DNA of 64,000 bases from Nemertoderma westbladi (GCA_032718475.1 JAUCBJ010008373.1:1-64000); one strand, 5' to 3'. Positions 1 through 13,977 are shown, counted from the first letter of the stretch. Program-made: numbers and translations. The notes: a model not told the origin generated them from the sequence alone.

Positions 1-379
1 GAAGCATTTCCTAAAGAATGCGCCATATATGTTAATTATAATTGAGCCATATCGTTGTGAGTAGTTTAAGTCATAACTCTGTTTATATAGATAAAGCGCC
101 ACGTCCTAAAGGAACTGTTAATATTCCCGAAGGTAAATAATATTGTCAGAGATTATATAATACTGTCAGTCGAATAATACATTAGGCTTACACATAGCAA
201 TAAAATTAAACCGTCGAACCCAATCTCCCGGGAATATCCAGCGGGTGAATGGTCGCGCACGGATTGGTTTCGACTAGTGTAGTGAATCAAATACTTGTCA
301 TAGGCTAAAAAGCGATTTAATATCTAGAAGACATCTTAATTTGGCGGGTTAAACTGCCAAAGGTCTGAAAGCGCGAACA
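1..379 (+). mobile_element. 3' part of a diverged LTR related to the BEL/Pao LTRs at 2755/22093 (runs off window)
   Basis: Colinear with 22920-23295 (shared CGCCACGTCCTAAAGGAACTGTTAATATT and GGGTGAATGGTCGCGCA). Ends in the same GCGCGAACA terminus, with many substitutions. Confidence 0.9.
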
Positions 380-728
380 GGGTCAATCTACCATGACTGG
401 GTCAATCTACCATGACTTGGTCAATCTATCATGACTGGGTCAATCTACCATGACTGGGTCAATCTACCATGACTGGGTCAATCTACCATGACTGGGTCAA
501 TCTACCATGACTGGGTCAATCTACCATGACTTGGTCAATCTATCATGACTGGGTCAATCTACCATGACTGGGTCAATCTACCATGACTGGGTCAATCTAC
601 CATGACTGGGTCAATCTACCATGACTGGGTCAATCTACCATGACTGAGTCGATCTACCATGACTGGGTCAATCTACCATGACTGGGTCAATCTACCATGA
701 CTGGGTCAATCTATCATGACTGGGTCAA
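380..728. repeat. 19-bp minisatellite (GGGTCAATCTACCATGACT)n, ~18 copies
   Basis: Near-perfect head-to-tail copies that start immediately after the LTR terminal CA. Confidence 0.95.
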
Positions 729-1135
729 GCAAGATCTTGAAATGGGTTGGGGCGGTTTCTCTCGATTTGCGGCTACATGAAGAACTACGTATCCTTCTAC
801 TGTAGAATATAACCGGATATTATGGAATTATTCGGAAGCCAGGTAAAAGGAACTGGCCATGCCTTCGGGTCGGAAATAGCTTTCTCAAAGCCACTAATAT
901 TAACTCCCCAGATTTCTCACTCTTTGCACCAAACTCAATATATTTTTTGTACGATAACTATTGTCTCAAGTATACCGGTGATTTTCCAATACCCAATATG
1001 AATGAAATTTACAATCTGAATATACTATACTTTTACTCCCTAGTAAATATATACTTTATTTCTAGATTATGTAGGCCTGCTTGTTCATTGATTAACACAA
1101 ATATTTTAATTCCCCGGTTGGTTTTTGATTTAATC

Positions 1136-1980
1136 AAAATGAATAGGCCTACTAGTTTCTCAAATTCAATTTGAGGTGTTCCAAAATTAATAGGCCTACT
1201 ACACTAGGTTCCCAAATTCATTTTGAGGTGTCCCAAAATGAATAGGCCTACTAGTTTCCCAAATTCAATTTGAGGTGTCACAAAATGAATAGGCCTACTA
1301 CACTAGTTTCCCAAATTCAATTTGAGGTGTCCTATAATGAATAGGCCTACTGTACTACTAGTTTACCAAATTCAATTTGAGGTGTCTGAAAATGAATCGG
1401 CCTACTACACTAGTTTCCCAAATTCAATTTGAGGTGTCCCAAGATGGATAGGCCTACTCCACTAGTTTCCTAAATTCAATTTGAGGTGTCCAAAAATAAA
1501 TAGGCCTACTACACTAGTTACCCAAATTCAATTCGAGGTGTCCCATGATGGATAGGCCTACTACACTAGTTACCCAAATTCAATTTGAGGTGTTCCAAAA
1601 TGAATAGGCCTACTGTACTACTAGTTTCCCAAATTCATTTTGAGGTGTCCCAAAATGAATAGGCCTACTACTAGTTTCCCAAATTCAATTTGAGGTGTCC
1701 CAAAATGAATAGGCCTACTACTAGTTTTCCAAATTCAATTTGAGGTGTCCCAAAATGAATAGGCCACCCACTCTAGTTTCCCAAATTCAATTTGAGGTGT
1801 CCCAAAATGAATAGGCCTACTACTAGTTTCCCAAATTCAATTTGAGGTGTCCCAAAATGAATAGGCCTACTACTAGTTTCCCAAATTCAATTTGAAGTGT
1901 CCCAAAATGAATAGGCCTACTACTTTCCCAAATTCAATTTGAGGTGTCCCAAAATGAATATTAACTGTAGTTTCTCAAAT
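1136..1980. repeat. ~50-58-bp minisatellite (AAAATGAATAGGCCTACTACACTAGTTTCCCAAATTCAATTTGAGGTGTCCC-like)
   Basis: About 15 tandem copies with a variable-length CTA/TAC tract. Confidence 0.9.
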
Positions 1981-2754
1981 TGAATTTGACTTTCTCAAAA
2001 TAAACATCGGTTCTCCCAAAATAAATGCATTTATTAAGATACAGTATATGACAGTTAGGTGGGATAATTGCAAAATACAGTACAAACACTTACTTTATGA
2101 GACAGGGGGAAACGGGACGCAAATTTTGCCTTGGCGAAGTTAAATTCTTAATTTATGGAAAGGAGCAGGTTACAGTGGCACGTTTTATTTAACCAAAACA
2201 ATAAACTAAACACAATGGAACAGGTTAAAGTTTTACTTTTGAGAATAAGCAACTGTTATTTGCATCGAATTTCCCCTGGAGAGGGATGAATTTTTATTGC
2301 GTCCAGTTCCCCCCCCCCCCCTATCTATTTTTATTGCGTCCACCCCCCCCCCCCCCCTATCTGTTTTTATTGCGTCCAGCCCCCCCCCCCCCCCTCCTAT
2401 CGTTTTTGCACTTTATAGTTAAATATTCCTAACAATATGCTGTAGGCCTACTGTACATGTAGGTTATTTCGTTTATATACTTTTAGTAAGGTGGGAGTGG
2501 GGGGGGGGGGGGGGGGGGGGGGTTACTGGCTGCTTTCAAATTCATTTCTCTTTCATCTAGAGCAGAATCAAGATTCCAAATATGAAAACCGTTTAGCGAA
2601 GTCTGTCGTACTTCTCGAGATATGGCTGTCTGTCCGTTTTACTGTCGGTCTGTCCTTCAGTATTTCTAGAAAACAATAGAAAACATACTGTCTGTACTTT
2701 TCTTTATAACAAATCTTCTCTTTCTATTTATGAAATTTTCACTATTTGACTTGC

Positions 2755-3877
2755 TGTAAAGGCTTTTGCGGATTTAGCTGGTTATTTTCCCCGCAAAGTA
2801 CTCTGTAGGTGTTTTAGCGGACATAAAAAGCCGTTTCCTTACTGTACACGTGTTTTAGTGGACATAAAAAGCCATTTCTTCTGTATGTGTACTTTAGCGG
2901 ACATAACTAGCAATTTTATGCCGCAATGCACCAAAATACTCTTAATACAGTGTAGTTCAGATGACGACATCTATCAGCTGAGATGTCGACGTGTAGCTTT
3001 TGGCTTTCTTTGTTCAGGCTCAATCACTCGACCAATCAGAGCGATTTTCTTTTTATTTGTACAGAAGCCTCCGGGAAATCGCGCAATGCATTATGGTTTA
3101 TGTTTACCTTTTTTCCTAAGCCCAGAACACCGGCTGTGGAATGATTCTGTGTTTCAGACTTTAGCCAAACATTAGAACGGCTTTGATCATAGAAACGTAT
3201 AACTGTTATCGCAACAAACCAATCCAAACCAAATCTGCATATCACAAACTGCTCATATTGTCACATACAAACACCGCATTATTTTTACTGCTATTTACTG
3301 TCGATTATTAATTGTATCAGTTGATGGAATATTGTTATATTTGGAGAATATCGATAAATAATCAGAAAACCCCAATCTTCTTGATATACTGAAGGTTAGA
3401 GACCGGTTACATATAGCAATTGCGACTTACATTATAGTGGTTTTGGAGTGAATTGAATGCTATTTCATAGACCCTACATTTGTCAGTGGCTGTTCTCCTT
3501 AGATATGGTTAAAATTAGTGAAGGTCGGCAGATCGGAGTGCAGCATTGTGCGGTAGTGTGCATGAGTGTGATAGATAACAAAGCATCTCCTAAAGAATGC
3601 GCTTTATACGTGAATCATTAGCCATCCCATTGTGTTTAGTGTAAGTCATAACTCTGTTTACATACTTAGAGCGCCACGTCCTAAAGGAACTGTTAATATT
3701 TCCTGAAAGTGAATAATATTTGTCAGAGATTATATATTAACAATCAATCGAATAATACAGTAGGCCTACACCGCAATAAGGTCAGAGCATCCGAATCCAG
3801 TCTCCCTTAACCGTGGGTGAATGGTCGCGCATAGGCTGGCTTCGGCTAATGTAGCTTTATGTGTATCAAATACTTGT
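2755..3877 (+). repeat. 5' LTR of BEL/Pao element, 3'-truncated (last 80 bp and PBS missing)
   Basis: Matches 22093-23215 with ~11 substitutions by eye, and homology stops at ATACTTGT. Contains three TTTAGYGGACATAA direct repeats (2811-2910). Confidence 0.9.
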
Positions 3878-5826
3878 TACTACCTAACCACCCGAACCGG
3901 TACTTACAGCAGTACAGGTACATCAGTATTATTTCATTTGTGATATATTGTATATTGTAGGCTGTTAGGGGATTAGGGATTGATCACCCCTTATTCCTTT
4001 GTATGGTTTACTTATTTCTGTCAGTTTTATTTATTTGTAGGTTAATATTGAACAGAAGGCGTGTAAGCCTGCTCAGATTGTACAGGTAATTTGTAGGCTG
4101 GACTGTTGTCTGACTGTTGTTAAGTCTGAAGAGATTGCAGTGTGTGTAGAGTGTATGTCCGATAAAGTACTAGTTAGGAACGTGGTGGGCATCCAGTGCT
4201 GTAAGGTAAATCCCCCCCGAAAGAATAAGTCGTACTACTCGGTTAGAATGCATACTAACTAACCATTTCGGAGTCTGCATATACTGTAGTTTATTTAGGC
4301 TTGATAGTAGTCTGCCAGCATTTGGTTTGTATTTTGTTTGTGTAGTCTGTACGGGTAGCGTAATATTTATTATTCAGAGTTTATGCGATTATTCGCAACA
4401 TTCACAACCCCAAGTTTATTCCTACAGTAATTGTGCTTGTTATACATACCGTTATAGTTAAATTAACCCCGGTACTACATCAGGGCTGTTTGGCGTAGGT
4501 AAAGACTGGTGATTTTATGCTCTGGTCACTCCGGCAGATACCGTGGTTCTTTTAGCTGTACAAGTATTTTTAACTGCTGGTTATTTGTTGTATAAGTACT
4601 TGTACCTAATTTAGGGTTTAGTGTACAGTGCTTTCCGAAGGTAATTAGTGTGTAGGCAGTATATTTGTGTTGTAAAGTGGTTAATAGGCACGTTAGCTAT
4701 AGTAGGCTGCGGTAATTAACTTCTAGGTAGGAACACTCCGTGTACATAACGTAGTACTTATAGCGATACGGCTATAAGTCGTCAGACGGTGGTATTTTTC
4801 CTATCTAGACAACGCAATATATTTACTACTGCTTTATTATTTTCAAATACCGTAGTATCCTGTCCGTTTGTAATAACCAGAAATTCTAACTCCTTGTTAG
4901 GCTGGTTTGTAGACTTCTTGTAAAATTAACCCTAAAAAAATTCGTACGTGTAATTTTTGTGTTTATTTAGAGATTGTAATCTCACCCCGCAATTGTACGT
5001 AATTTGTAGTAATAAGTAACTTAGGCAAGTAGAATTATTTGTTTTAGTGTCCAACAAGTAGCACTTCACTGAGAGCGTACAGCTTCTGTGTAGTGACTCC
5101 TTCCCAGAAATAATAACATTTATTTCAAATATTGTAACAAAACCCATTAAAAGGGTATATATATATTATAAATCAATTCAAACCGATTTATAAAATAGTA
5201 GGCCTGTCATACAACAATTAGGTCTTAATATCAGTTGGACTACTGCTTAAATAACGGTAATAAAGTAAAGTAAAGTAACTAAGTAACCCTAAAATTCAGA
5301 AATTCAATTATTCTAAAATAATTGACATACCGGTATTTACAATAGGCTTATTATATTTATTTCTATAAATTTGAGCTGAAATTATATACCGGTATTCTGT
5401 AATTAATTCTAGTCTATAATAATACTTATATATATACTATAGGTGTATACCGGTATTCACGATAGGCTTATTATATATTTCTATATATTTGTGCTGAAAT
5501 TATATACCGGTATTCTGTGACAAACCTAGTCTGTAATAATACTTATATATACTATAAGTGTATACTACTACTACTAGGTCGAGCGAACTCGGACATATAT
5601 CTTTCAGTTGCGGGGGTAAACCGCTTGTGGTCGCAACTCCTACAAGCGTCTTTGCAGTAGGTCGCCGGTATATAAGTGTATACCGGTACTCTAATATATT
5701 GTATATATATCACGTTACATAGAGTAACGATATCGGTAATTAATTACTAGGCTAACAGTGATACTGAATTATTAGACTTGCTTTAACTGTAATTATAGCA
5801 GTAGGCATTCAACTGTATAAACAAAC

Positions 5827-8800
5827 ATGTCTGACACAAAGCAAAACCTGTCAGTCAGTCTCCTAGATACAACCATCTGTGACCCAGATAGGAGTGCTGA
5901 ACGTTTGAGACCGAAGTTCAACTCACCTCCTACTGTAAGAAAGATCATCCCTCCAGTAGTAGTATCAGACCCTAGGCTAGTCAAACACCGTAGGTCCATC
6001 ATAGGCACTCGGGCTCAAGTCAAGCGGGACCAAGAAGCAGCTGTTAAACAGCAGCAACACGCGAGCCGAGAACTTATTTCTCAGCGGCCCGATAGCTCCA
6101 GTAGTTCAGATACTGTAGAGCTGACACCCGAGCGTGGAGCAAAGATGGCAGATGCGGTTTATTCAGATCCCCTTCTCATTCTTCCTGCAGCCGTACTCAA
6201 CAGGGTATTGATTGCGGTGGAGGAACACCAAATCGATTGGGCGAGAAGTAAGCGATCGACCAAGGATAGTTATGTGGGATACACAAGGGAGGAACTGAAG
6301 TCTATTGTCGAGTCACAATGGAACTTCCCCGGACCCGGACTCCCGTTTGACTTATCGGAAGCTGCCTGGGAAGACATACACAGGATGGGAGTGACAAAGG
6401 ATATTAGTGATCCAGCTGTATGGAAGAGGTCGGCAGCAGGATACGTACAGAGATTCTTCAGCTCTTTGGAGCGATTAGAGGAACAATTGTTTCAACAACC
6501 CCAAGGACCTCAAGAGCAGGGAGAGCTGCTTTATCAAGTTAGAGAAAGAATTCTAAGAATCAGACTAATCCTATCGGCCTTTGAGGAAGCTTCGAAAAGA
6601 AGACAAGACACGTCGTTGCAAGTTGCCGTAAAGACTTGGTTCCAGCGGGTGGGTCTCAAGGTTCAAGGAACAGCCCAGTGGAAATCTCAGCTGGCTGAGC
6701 GCTCAACCCATGGAGAATCAACAGACGCTACCTTTTCTCAAGTGGAAAGCGAAGCGACAGCAGAGAAACCGCAGAAGAGGGACGCTATTGACATCTATCT
6801 GTCAGACTATCAACGATTTCTAGGTGATGAAGAGTTGAGGAGACGGCTGGCTGGACTTCGCCCTAATAGTGAAGGAGCCAAGCTTGTGTTGGACGCAATA
6901 GATGCGGAAATGTTAGCTGCGAACCAAGCTAAATTTGATGAACACCTCCGCATCGCTAGAGTCCAAGAAGAACAAGTAAAGAAAAAACGTGGCAGAAGCA
7001 GCGACAGCGGCAGAAGTTGAAAGAAAAGCGGCAGCGGCAGCGGCAGCGGCAGAGGCAGAGGCAGAAGCGGAAAGAAAGGCGGTAGAAGTGGAAAGAAAGG
7101 CGGTAGAAGGGGAAAGAAAAGCGGCAGTGGCAGCGGCAGAAGCGGAAAGAAAGGCGGTAGAAGTGGAAAGAAAGGCGGTAGAAGGGGAAAGAAAAGCGGC
7201 AGTGGCTGCGGCAGAAGTGGAAAGAAAAGCAGCAGAGGCAGTGGCAGAAGCAGAACGGAGAGCGTTTGAAGAGACCACCCAACTAGAGTTGGAAAATCTT
7301 CAAGAGAATCAAGACTACATAAATAAACAGTTAACAGCTAGTCAGATGCAGATGATAAGTCGATCTACTCCCAAAAGGCAGGGATTTACATCATCTGATG
7401 AAGGCGATACTACCGATCCTGAAGGCGGAGGAAATAGATCTCGTCTAAACAGGCGTAGAAGAATGCCCCACCGTCAGAAATTGCCTGATTTGCCCCCAGC
7501 TGTGAGAAGGCAACTAGCTAGCACGGACTTAGGTAGTACAGAACCCACAGACCAAATTATTAGAGTAAAAAGACTCCCAACTATAATAGATGAGCCTGAA
7601 ATAATTAGGCCTGTTCTCGAAGCCACCCCCTCTGTGATAGAGACCCCTGTACTTCCAGAACCCAACTCTAAATTCCCTTTGCACAGCACTAAACTACTTG
7701 TGCCCAGCAGAACAGCCCCTGAGACAACTCCTGTCCTGGACTCCGAGCGAAATATCAATGACTTGTCGCCCGTTGTCCCTCGTCCGCCCGCTACTATGTT
7801 GGCGGCTCCCGCTTCGGCGGTCGAGTGGGTGGATGAGAGACGGCGGGGGATGGATCTCCTGCTCGGGCAGATGCAGGAGACTGTTCAACAGTTCAAGGGC
7901 ACAGTAAGGGAAAGTAGGTTAGAGTTGTAAGAAGTGCAGCAAAGTATCGCGTTAGAACGCAATAAATTGGTAAATACTCAAAGGGGTATACCACCAACCC
8001 CGGTAACAATGTGTCAACCTGTTAGGTCTGAAGTATTTCATGCGCAAGGTGTGGAGCCTACACGCATCTATACTGCTAGTGAAGTAGAAACTCCTATAGT
8101 AAACCCTATTAAGGGTAATTATAAACCTGTAGACAATGATATTCCATATAGACCTGATCATAATCCGAGAAATTTATATACCGATAACTCGATATTAAAT
8201 AACACGATGGCCCAAGAAAGTTTTACACGTAAATGGCTAGAACCGAAGCCCGTCAAGCGGTAAAGGTGGGAGAGATCGTCAAGTTCAATGGAGATGAGAT
8301 GAAATGGTTACCTTTTAATGAATATTATAAAGATATCATACAGAACTCTGTGCTATCTAACGGAGAGAAACTTAGATTCCTCATCGAGTGCTTGGAAGGA
8401 TCTCCCAAGTTAATGGCGTTAAAGTTTATTGGACATCCAGATGGATTAAGACAAGTTTGGGATACACTAAACATCAGGTATGGTAATAGGAATAACATAG
8501 CTAGGTATTTGTATGCAAAATTGGTAGCGCCCCGAAAGTTCATTAGCAGCGGGATTATAGAGTTTTCCGATGAGATCCAGGAGATCTGTAGACAATTAGA
8601 TTGGCTAGGTAAGTCTCATGAATATCAGAGTTCTATGGTTATTGGAGCCGTAGCATCTACTTTACCCAAGGGTGGAGTAGGTACACGCTGGGATAAGAAA
8701 GTGTTATATATGATGGAACAACAACGACGAGACCCTACCATGGCTGATCTCATGTCATTCTTAGTTGGAGAAGTAAAATTACAGCTCCTAAAGCAGTCCA

Positions 8801-11800
8801 GGGAGAAGACACCGGAAAATAAGGTAAGTGAGAAACCCGTTTCTAGGAGAAAGGTAACACCAGTGTGTTATACAGACGATGGCAAAAGCCAGGCCTCTCA
8901 AGAGGAAGACAGCGGGAAAGACACTGAAAGATCTTACTATGTCAACAAAACGTCTAAAGACGTAAGTAAATTTAAGTCTCGAACCCATGACAGGAGAGAA
9001 CAGGTAAGAAAAACTCCTCCTACGTCTCCTAAGAGAATTCACGGAAGAAAGCCCGAGGAAAGAACGAGTGTGCACAACGTTACCCAAAGTAAGGTAAGTA
9101 ACATCAAACCGAAATGTGCGCTGTGCGACGGGCCCCACCGTTTAAGTGTGTGTGATGAATTCCTAAAGAAATCATTAAAAGATAGACGTGAAGTCATGTG
9201 GGATAAGCGGTTGTGTTATAATTGCCTCAGACAAGGACACCAACGGCGAACCTGTTACTCCGACGCAAGGTGTGCAAAGTGCGGCGCGAAACATCATATC
9301 TTGTTGCACACTGAATTCGAACGAAACAGCCCGAGTCAGGTAAGTGAGTCCGAACTATATGTCCAATTCAGTGATGTGAACGACACTGACCAAAGTTCTG
9401 AGATGGAAGGATTCTATACGGACGAATTCTCCGACGAAAACGAATCCTGTTACCTAATAAATACCGCAGTGTATCGAGCACTTACGTATGAGAAAGAAAC
9501 CGACAGTGAGCTCCCCCTAACTACTCCTGACCGACAACCATCTTGGAAAGCACCAACTTCCAATGTAGGAATCCGAGAATTTCCCGTAGTGCAGTTGAGA
9601 GTCCACGGGCCTGACAAGAGTTATATAGTGAACGCCCTCCTTGACTCCGGCAGCACAGGAACATTCATCGACAAAGAACTAGCCGAAGACATCTTTGCTG
9701 GACAACCCAAGTTCCGAACTAAGTTAAACATGTCAGGAATTATGCAGGTTTGGAAATCTACAGTAATTGCAGATTATTATGTAGGTGCGTTGTCCACCCC
9801 CCAGGATGAACTAGGAGAACACAGCATAAGGTCAGTAAAAATGGTGGCGATAAAGAACTTCGCTACCAGCCAAGTAGAACCTTATAACTGGGATGAGGAC
9901 GATTTCACCCAGCAGCATAAGATACCTAGATTCAATACAGACTATCCTGGAGTGCAAATACTCATCGGCCAAAATGTGCATGAGGCGCTTGAGACATTGG
10001 AGAAACGGCCTGCTCAACCGCAACCACTACAAACCTATGCGGGAAAAACTAGAGTAGGTTGGTACTTTACTGGCCCTTCCCGTAGAACTCTCATGGAAAG
10101 GTTACCCAAAGAGCGGGTCTACCAGGTAAGTGAATGGGAAGAGGAGAACAGTGAGGTAGATAATGATGACATCTACCAACTCTTCGACGAGGAGAAGACC
10201 ATCGACCTCCTTACGGAAAACGAAACTTGGCAAAACCAAGTGAACCTATGTCACCTCATTCATCCAGCTGAACAAGTGTACAACGACGAACTGAATGAAG
10301 TGATAGATCGCTACAACGCAAAGACTCGCGTTGAACACGCCGTACGATTCTTTACTCAAGAGGCTGTAGAGCCCAATTCCTACGATAAGGCCCTATCGGT
10401 AGAAGAAGAAAGAGCCAAGCAGATCCAGGAGACAACTATACGTTTTCTTAAAGATCAAGGTAGATATGAAATTGGTCTGCCATTTCGAAAGCGAGAACCT
10501 AAATTTATAAACAACCGACCATTGGCGGAGAAAAGAATTGCGCAACTACATCGACGCCTTACGGCAAATGCTTCAGCTAAGGAAATGTACAAGACTCAGT
10601 TGAAGAAAATTATTGACAAGGGATATGCGGAGCGAGTACCGGAATAAACACCCATAACTGAGAGAACGTACTATCTAACACATCATTACGTTCCCAAACC
10701 CGGTAAACCCAACGAAGTCCGGGTAGTATTTGACGGCTCCGCCCTCTACATGGGCCAATCCCTCAATTCCGAGTTGTTGCCAGGACCCAACTTACTCCAA
10801 TCCTTGTTGGGAATACTCCTAAGATTAAGACAATATTCAATCGCTTTCGCCTCTGATATAGAAGGCATGTTCTTACAAGTTAAGGTGCTGGATAAGGATC
10901 GAGACAGCCTACGATTTCTGTGGTGGCCTGAGGGAGACCTCAACCAGAAACCGGTGGAGTACTGGATGACCATCCAGGCTTTTGGGATCATCTCGAGCCC
11001 TTCAAACGCCTGCTCAGTAGTGCTTACCACTGCTGATGACAACCGGGACGCCTTCTCCAAAGAGGTTGTTGACAACATCAAACGGGATATATACATGGAC
11101 GACAATTTAAAGTCCCTCCCATCGGTGGAAGAAGCCATTGATGTCGCCAAAGGAACGGTAGAGTGCTTGAAAAGAGGTGGATTTCGATTAACTAAATTCA
11201 CCAGCAACTCCCGTGAGTTTCTGGAATCGATCCCGGTAGAAGACCGAGGAGTTAAAGATCTAGACCTAATCAAGGACGATCTTCCAGAAACCAAGACGCT
11301 TGGTTTGAAATGGGACACGGAGAGAGATATCCTGTTTTTCCAGCTAAAACAGCGAGATAATCCAGTTCGGACTAAACAGATTTGTCTAAGTATCCTGAGC
11401 ACTTATTTCGATCCATTGGGATTTATTAGCCCAGTTATATTGATTGCTCGGAGTTTAGTACAACAAATGTGGCTTGAAAACCACTCATGGGACGATCCAC
11501 TTAAGGGAGAACTATTAAAGAAGTGGATGAAATGGGAAGATTCTCTACCATCCATCGAGAACTTTATAATTTCCCGTTCATATTTTGGTCACATTCTCCC
11601 TACGTATTCCTATCAACTCCATGTGTTTGGAGACGCCAGCGATATGGGAATAGGTATAGTAGCCTACCTGAGAGTTGAAACTCCGGATGGAATTAAGGTC
11701 GCCTTGGTTACCTCTAAGGCCTTGATAAACAACAAGTTGAAAGTTCCTCGAGCGGAGTTAAAGGCGGCTCTATACCCTACAGCCATCGGCCGGAATGTAA

Positions 11801-13977
11801 CAGAACAGATCGACTATCCACTGGAAAAAACTGTCTATTGGACCGATGCTTTACTCGTGTTAGAGTATATAACCAATGAAGTCTGTCAGTTCATCGTCTC
11901 CGTTACCAACAGAGTAGCCATTATACTTAGTCGCACGAAGATAGACCAATGGAGACATTGCCCCAGGACGATTAATCCAGCCAACATCGCCTCCAGGGGA
12001 GCAACTCCACAAGAACTGATAGATACTCCAGACTGGTTAGGTGGACCCGACTTCCTAAGCAAAGAAGAGGATGAATGGCCTCCTCATCTTACTACGGCTG
12101 AGATTAGACAAGCCAAGGGAGCGGAGAAAGTCAAACCTTAAACCTGGGCGAGTAAATCGAAGTTATTTAAACCCGCGATAGATCTGTCTGTACTACAAGT
12201 TTCCGGAGACGATGCTTTGGATCCACAATTCCCCTCCACAAATAAGTCTGTTGTGGAAATGAGAGAGATAGATTGGAAATCTGGAACGAAAGACGTCTCG
12301 CAGGGACTCTCACCACTTCTGCAGAGAGCGATACATCACTATAGTTCCTGGAATCGGCTCTGTAAGGCCGTTACATATTTAAAGCGATGTTTTCATCATC
12401 ACTACTCCAGGACGAAGACCACTAGTGATACCGCTCCACTGACATCTGCGCAGGTCCATGTTGTTAAAGATCTTCCCAAATACAAGATATCCGACAGGTT
12501 TCTGAAGGAGAAGAGCAGTTACCAGGAGCATGAAGAAACCAATAAGCAGATACTGAGACTCCTGCAATGCTATGAGGATTCCGATAAGTATTTCCTGTTG
12601 TTGAGAAATCCACAGATGCGCTTAAGGGATCGTTTCTCTAGCACAATGATAGATGGGTTAATACGTGTTGGAGGAAGACTAACTAATGCTCCATTATCCT
12701 TTGACACTAAGTTTCCCATACTCATTAGAAATCTTGAAATACAAATCAAGATGATTGTAGATGTTCACAGTAAGCTTTATCATGCTGGTAGAGAACGAGT
12801 TCTTAGCGAAATTCGAACTCGCTATTATTTTTATAAACCCCGTAGAGCTCTGAACCAAGTTCTTAGGAACTGCATACCCTGTAGGAAAGCATTCAGTAGG
12901 CCTTTAACACAGCGAGAGGCAGAATTACCTAGGGAACGAGTAAGCTTCTATGAACCACCCTTTACTAATACCGGTGTGGATTTATTTGGCCCTATTGAAG
13001 TATATCGTGCTAGGAATATAGTCAAGAGATGGTGTGTCATCTTTGTCTGTATGACTTGTAGAGCTATCCATCTCGATATGGTGAACGATTTGTCTACCAA
13101 TAGCTTCATATTGAGCTTACGCCGACAGATCGCTCGCTTTGGAACTAGTAACACGATGAGATCTGATAAGGGAACAAACTTCATTGGTGCCAACAATGAA
13201 ATCAGGGCTTACGTCAAAGATTGGAACCAAAGACAGGTGGACGATCAGCTAAGGGTAACAGCGTCTAGCTGGACCTTCAACGCCGCCGACGCCCCTTGGT
13301 GGGGAGGAAGTTGGGAGAGATTAATCAGAAGTGTGAAGACAGCATTTCACTTTATAGTGCCGTGCCGCGCGTATCTCACCGACGAACTTTTGCGGACATT
13401 AATGGAGGAAATCGCCGCCTATCTCAACGAGAGACCGCTTATGCCAGTCTCATCGAGTCCCGATTCCCTGGAAGCGCTAACACCCGCGCACTTCCTACTG
13501 AAGAAACCTGTAGCCATGCTCCCACGATCGGAAATCACGGACGGAGACGAATACTGCCGGCAAACTTGGCAACTTATGCAGTTGTTATCCCGTCGTTTCG
13601 CTGACCATTTCGAAAAACATTATCTGCCCACGCTACAACTTCGAACTAAGGGGTTTGCGCAGCAAGAAAACGTCAGCGCTGGAGACATGGTCCTTATTGT
13701 GGATTCAGATCTTCCACGTAAGCGGTGGCAGACAGGTCGCATCATCGAGACTCATATCTCGGATGACGGTTTAGTGCGATCGGTAGAACTCGGCGTCATG
13801 CGACGTAACTTTAAGAAACCGGGAATTGTCTTCGAGACGCAGCAGCTCAATCGCCCAGTTGGTCGTTTATGTTTACTGGAAAGAGACAGAGAACTCTCCG
13901 GAAACTATGGAAGGCAAGATACTCTTCCCACGACCACCTCCCTAATCCAGCAAACATCTAGGGACTCCCCAACGTAA
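5827..13977 (+). pseudogene. BEL/Pao gag-pol polyprotein, disrupted (frame changes ~6980 and ~8240; in-frame stops at 7928, 10645, 12139)
   Basis: DUF1759-like gag (VKFNGDEMKW), triple Cys/His knuckle (CALC..H..C, CYNC..GH..C, CAKC..HHILLH) and protease ALLDSGS. RT motifs YLTHHYV..VRVVFDGS (read through the stop), DIEGMFLQV and YMDD. Pao RNase H LHVFGDAS. Integrase HxGR/CIPC, GVDLFGP, SDKGTNF, PWWGGSWERLI. Confidence 0.93.

Noticed and set aside
380-1980. CRISPR-like arrays (also 51630-53545, 55021-55492, 60098-60790)
   Set aside because: The units are head-to-tail with no unique spacers, there are no cas genes, and the context is eukaryotic.
2858-3175. Duplicated 105-aa ORF (also 22196-22513)
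   Set aside because: It lies in the LTRs, has a GTG start and no recognisable domain. The duplication is explained by LTR identity.
6913-7282. Antisense Ala/Ser-rich and Cys/Arg-rich ORFs
   Set aside because: Shadow frames of the purine-rich repeat in the sense ORF.
7928-12141. Programmed readthrough or alternative genetic code for in-frame TAA stops in BEL pol
   Set aside because: The stops are scattered, frameshifts co-occur, and host genes use standard stops. About 1% LTR divergence is enough to explain decay.
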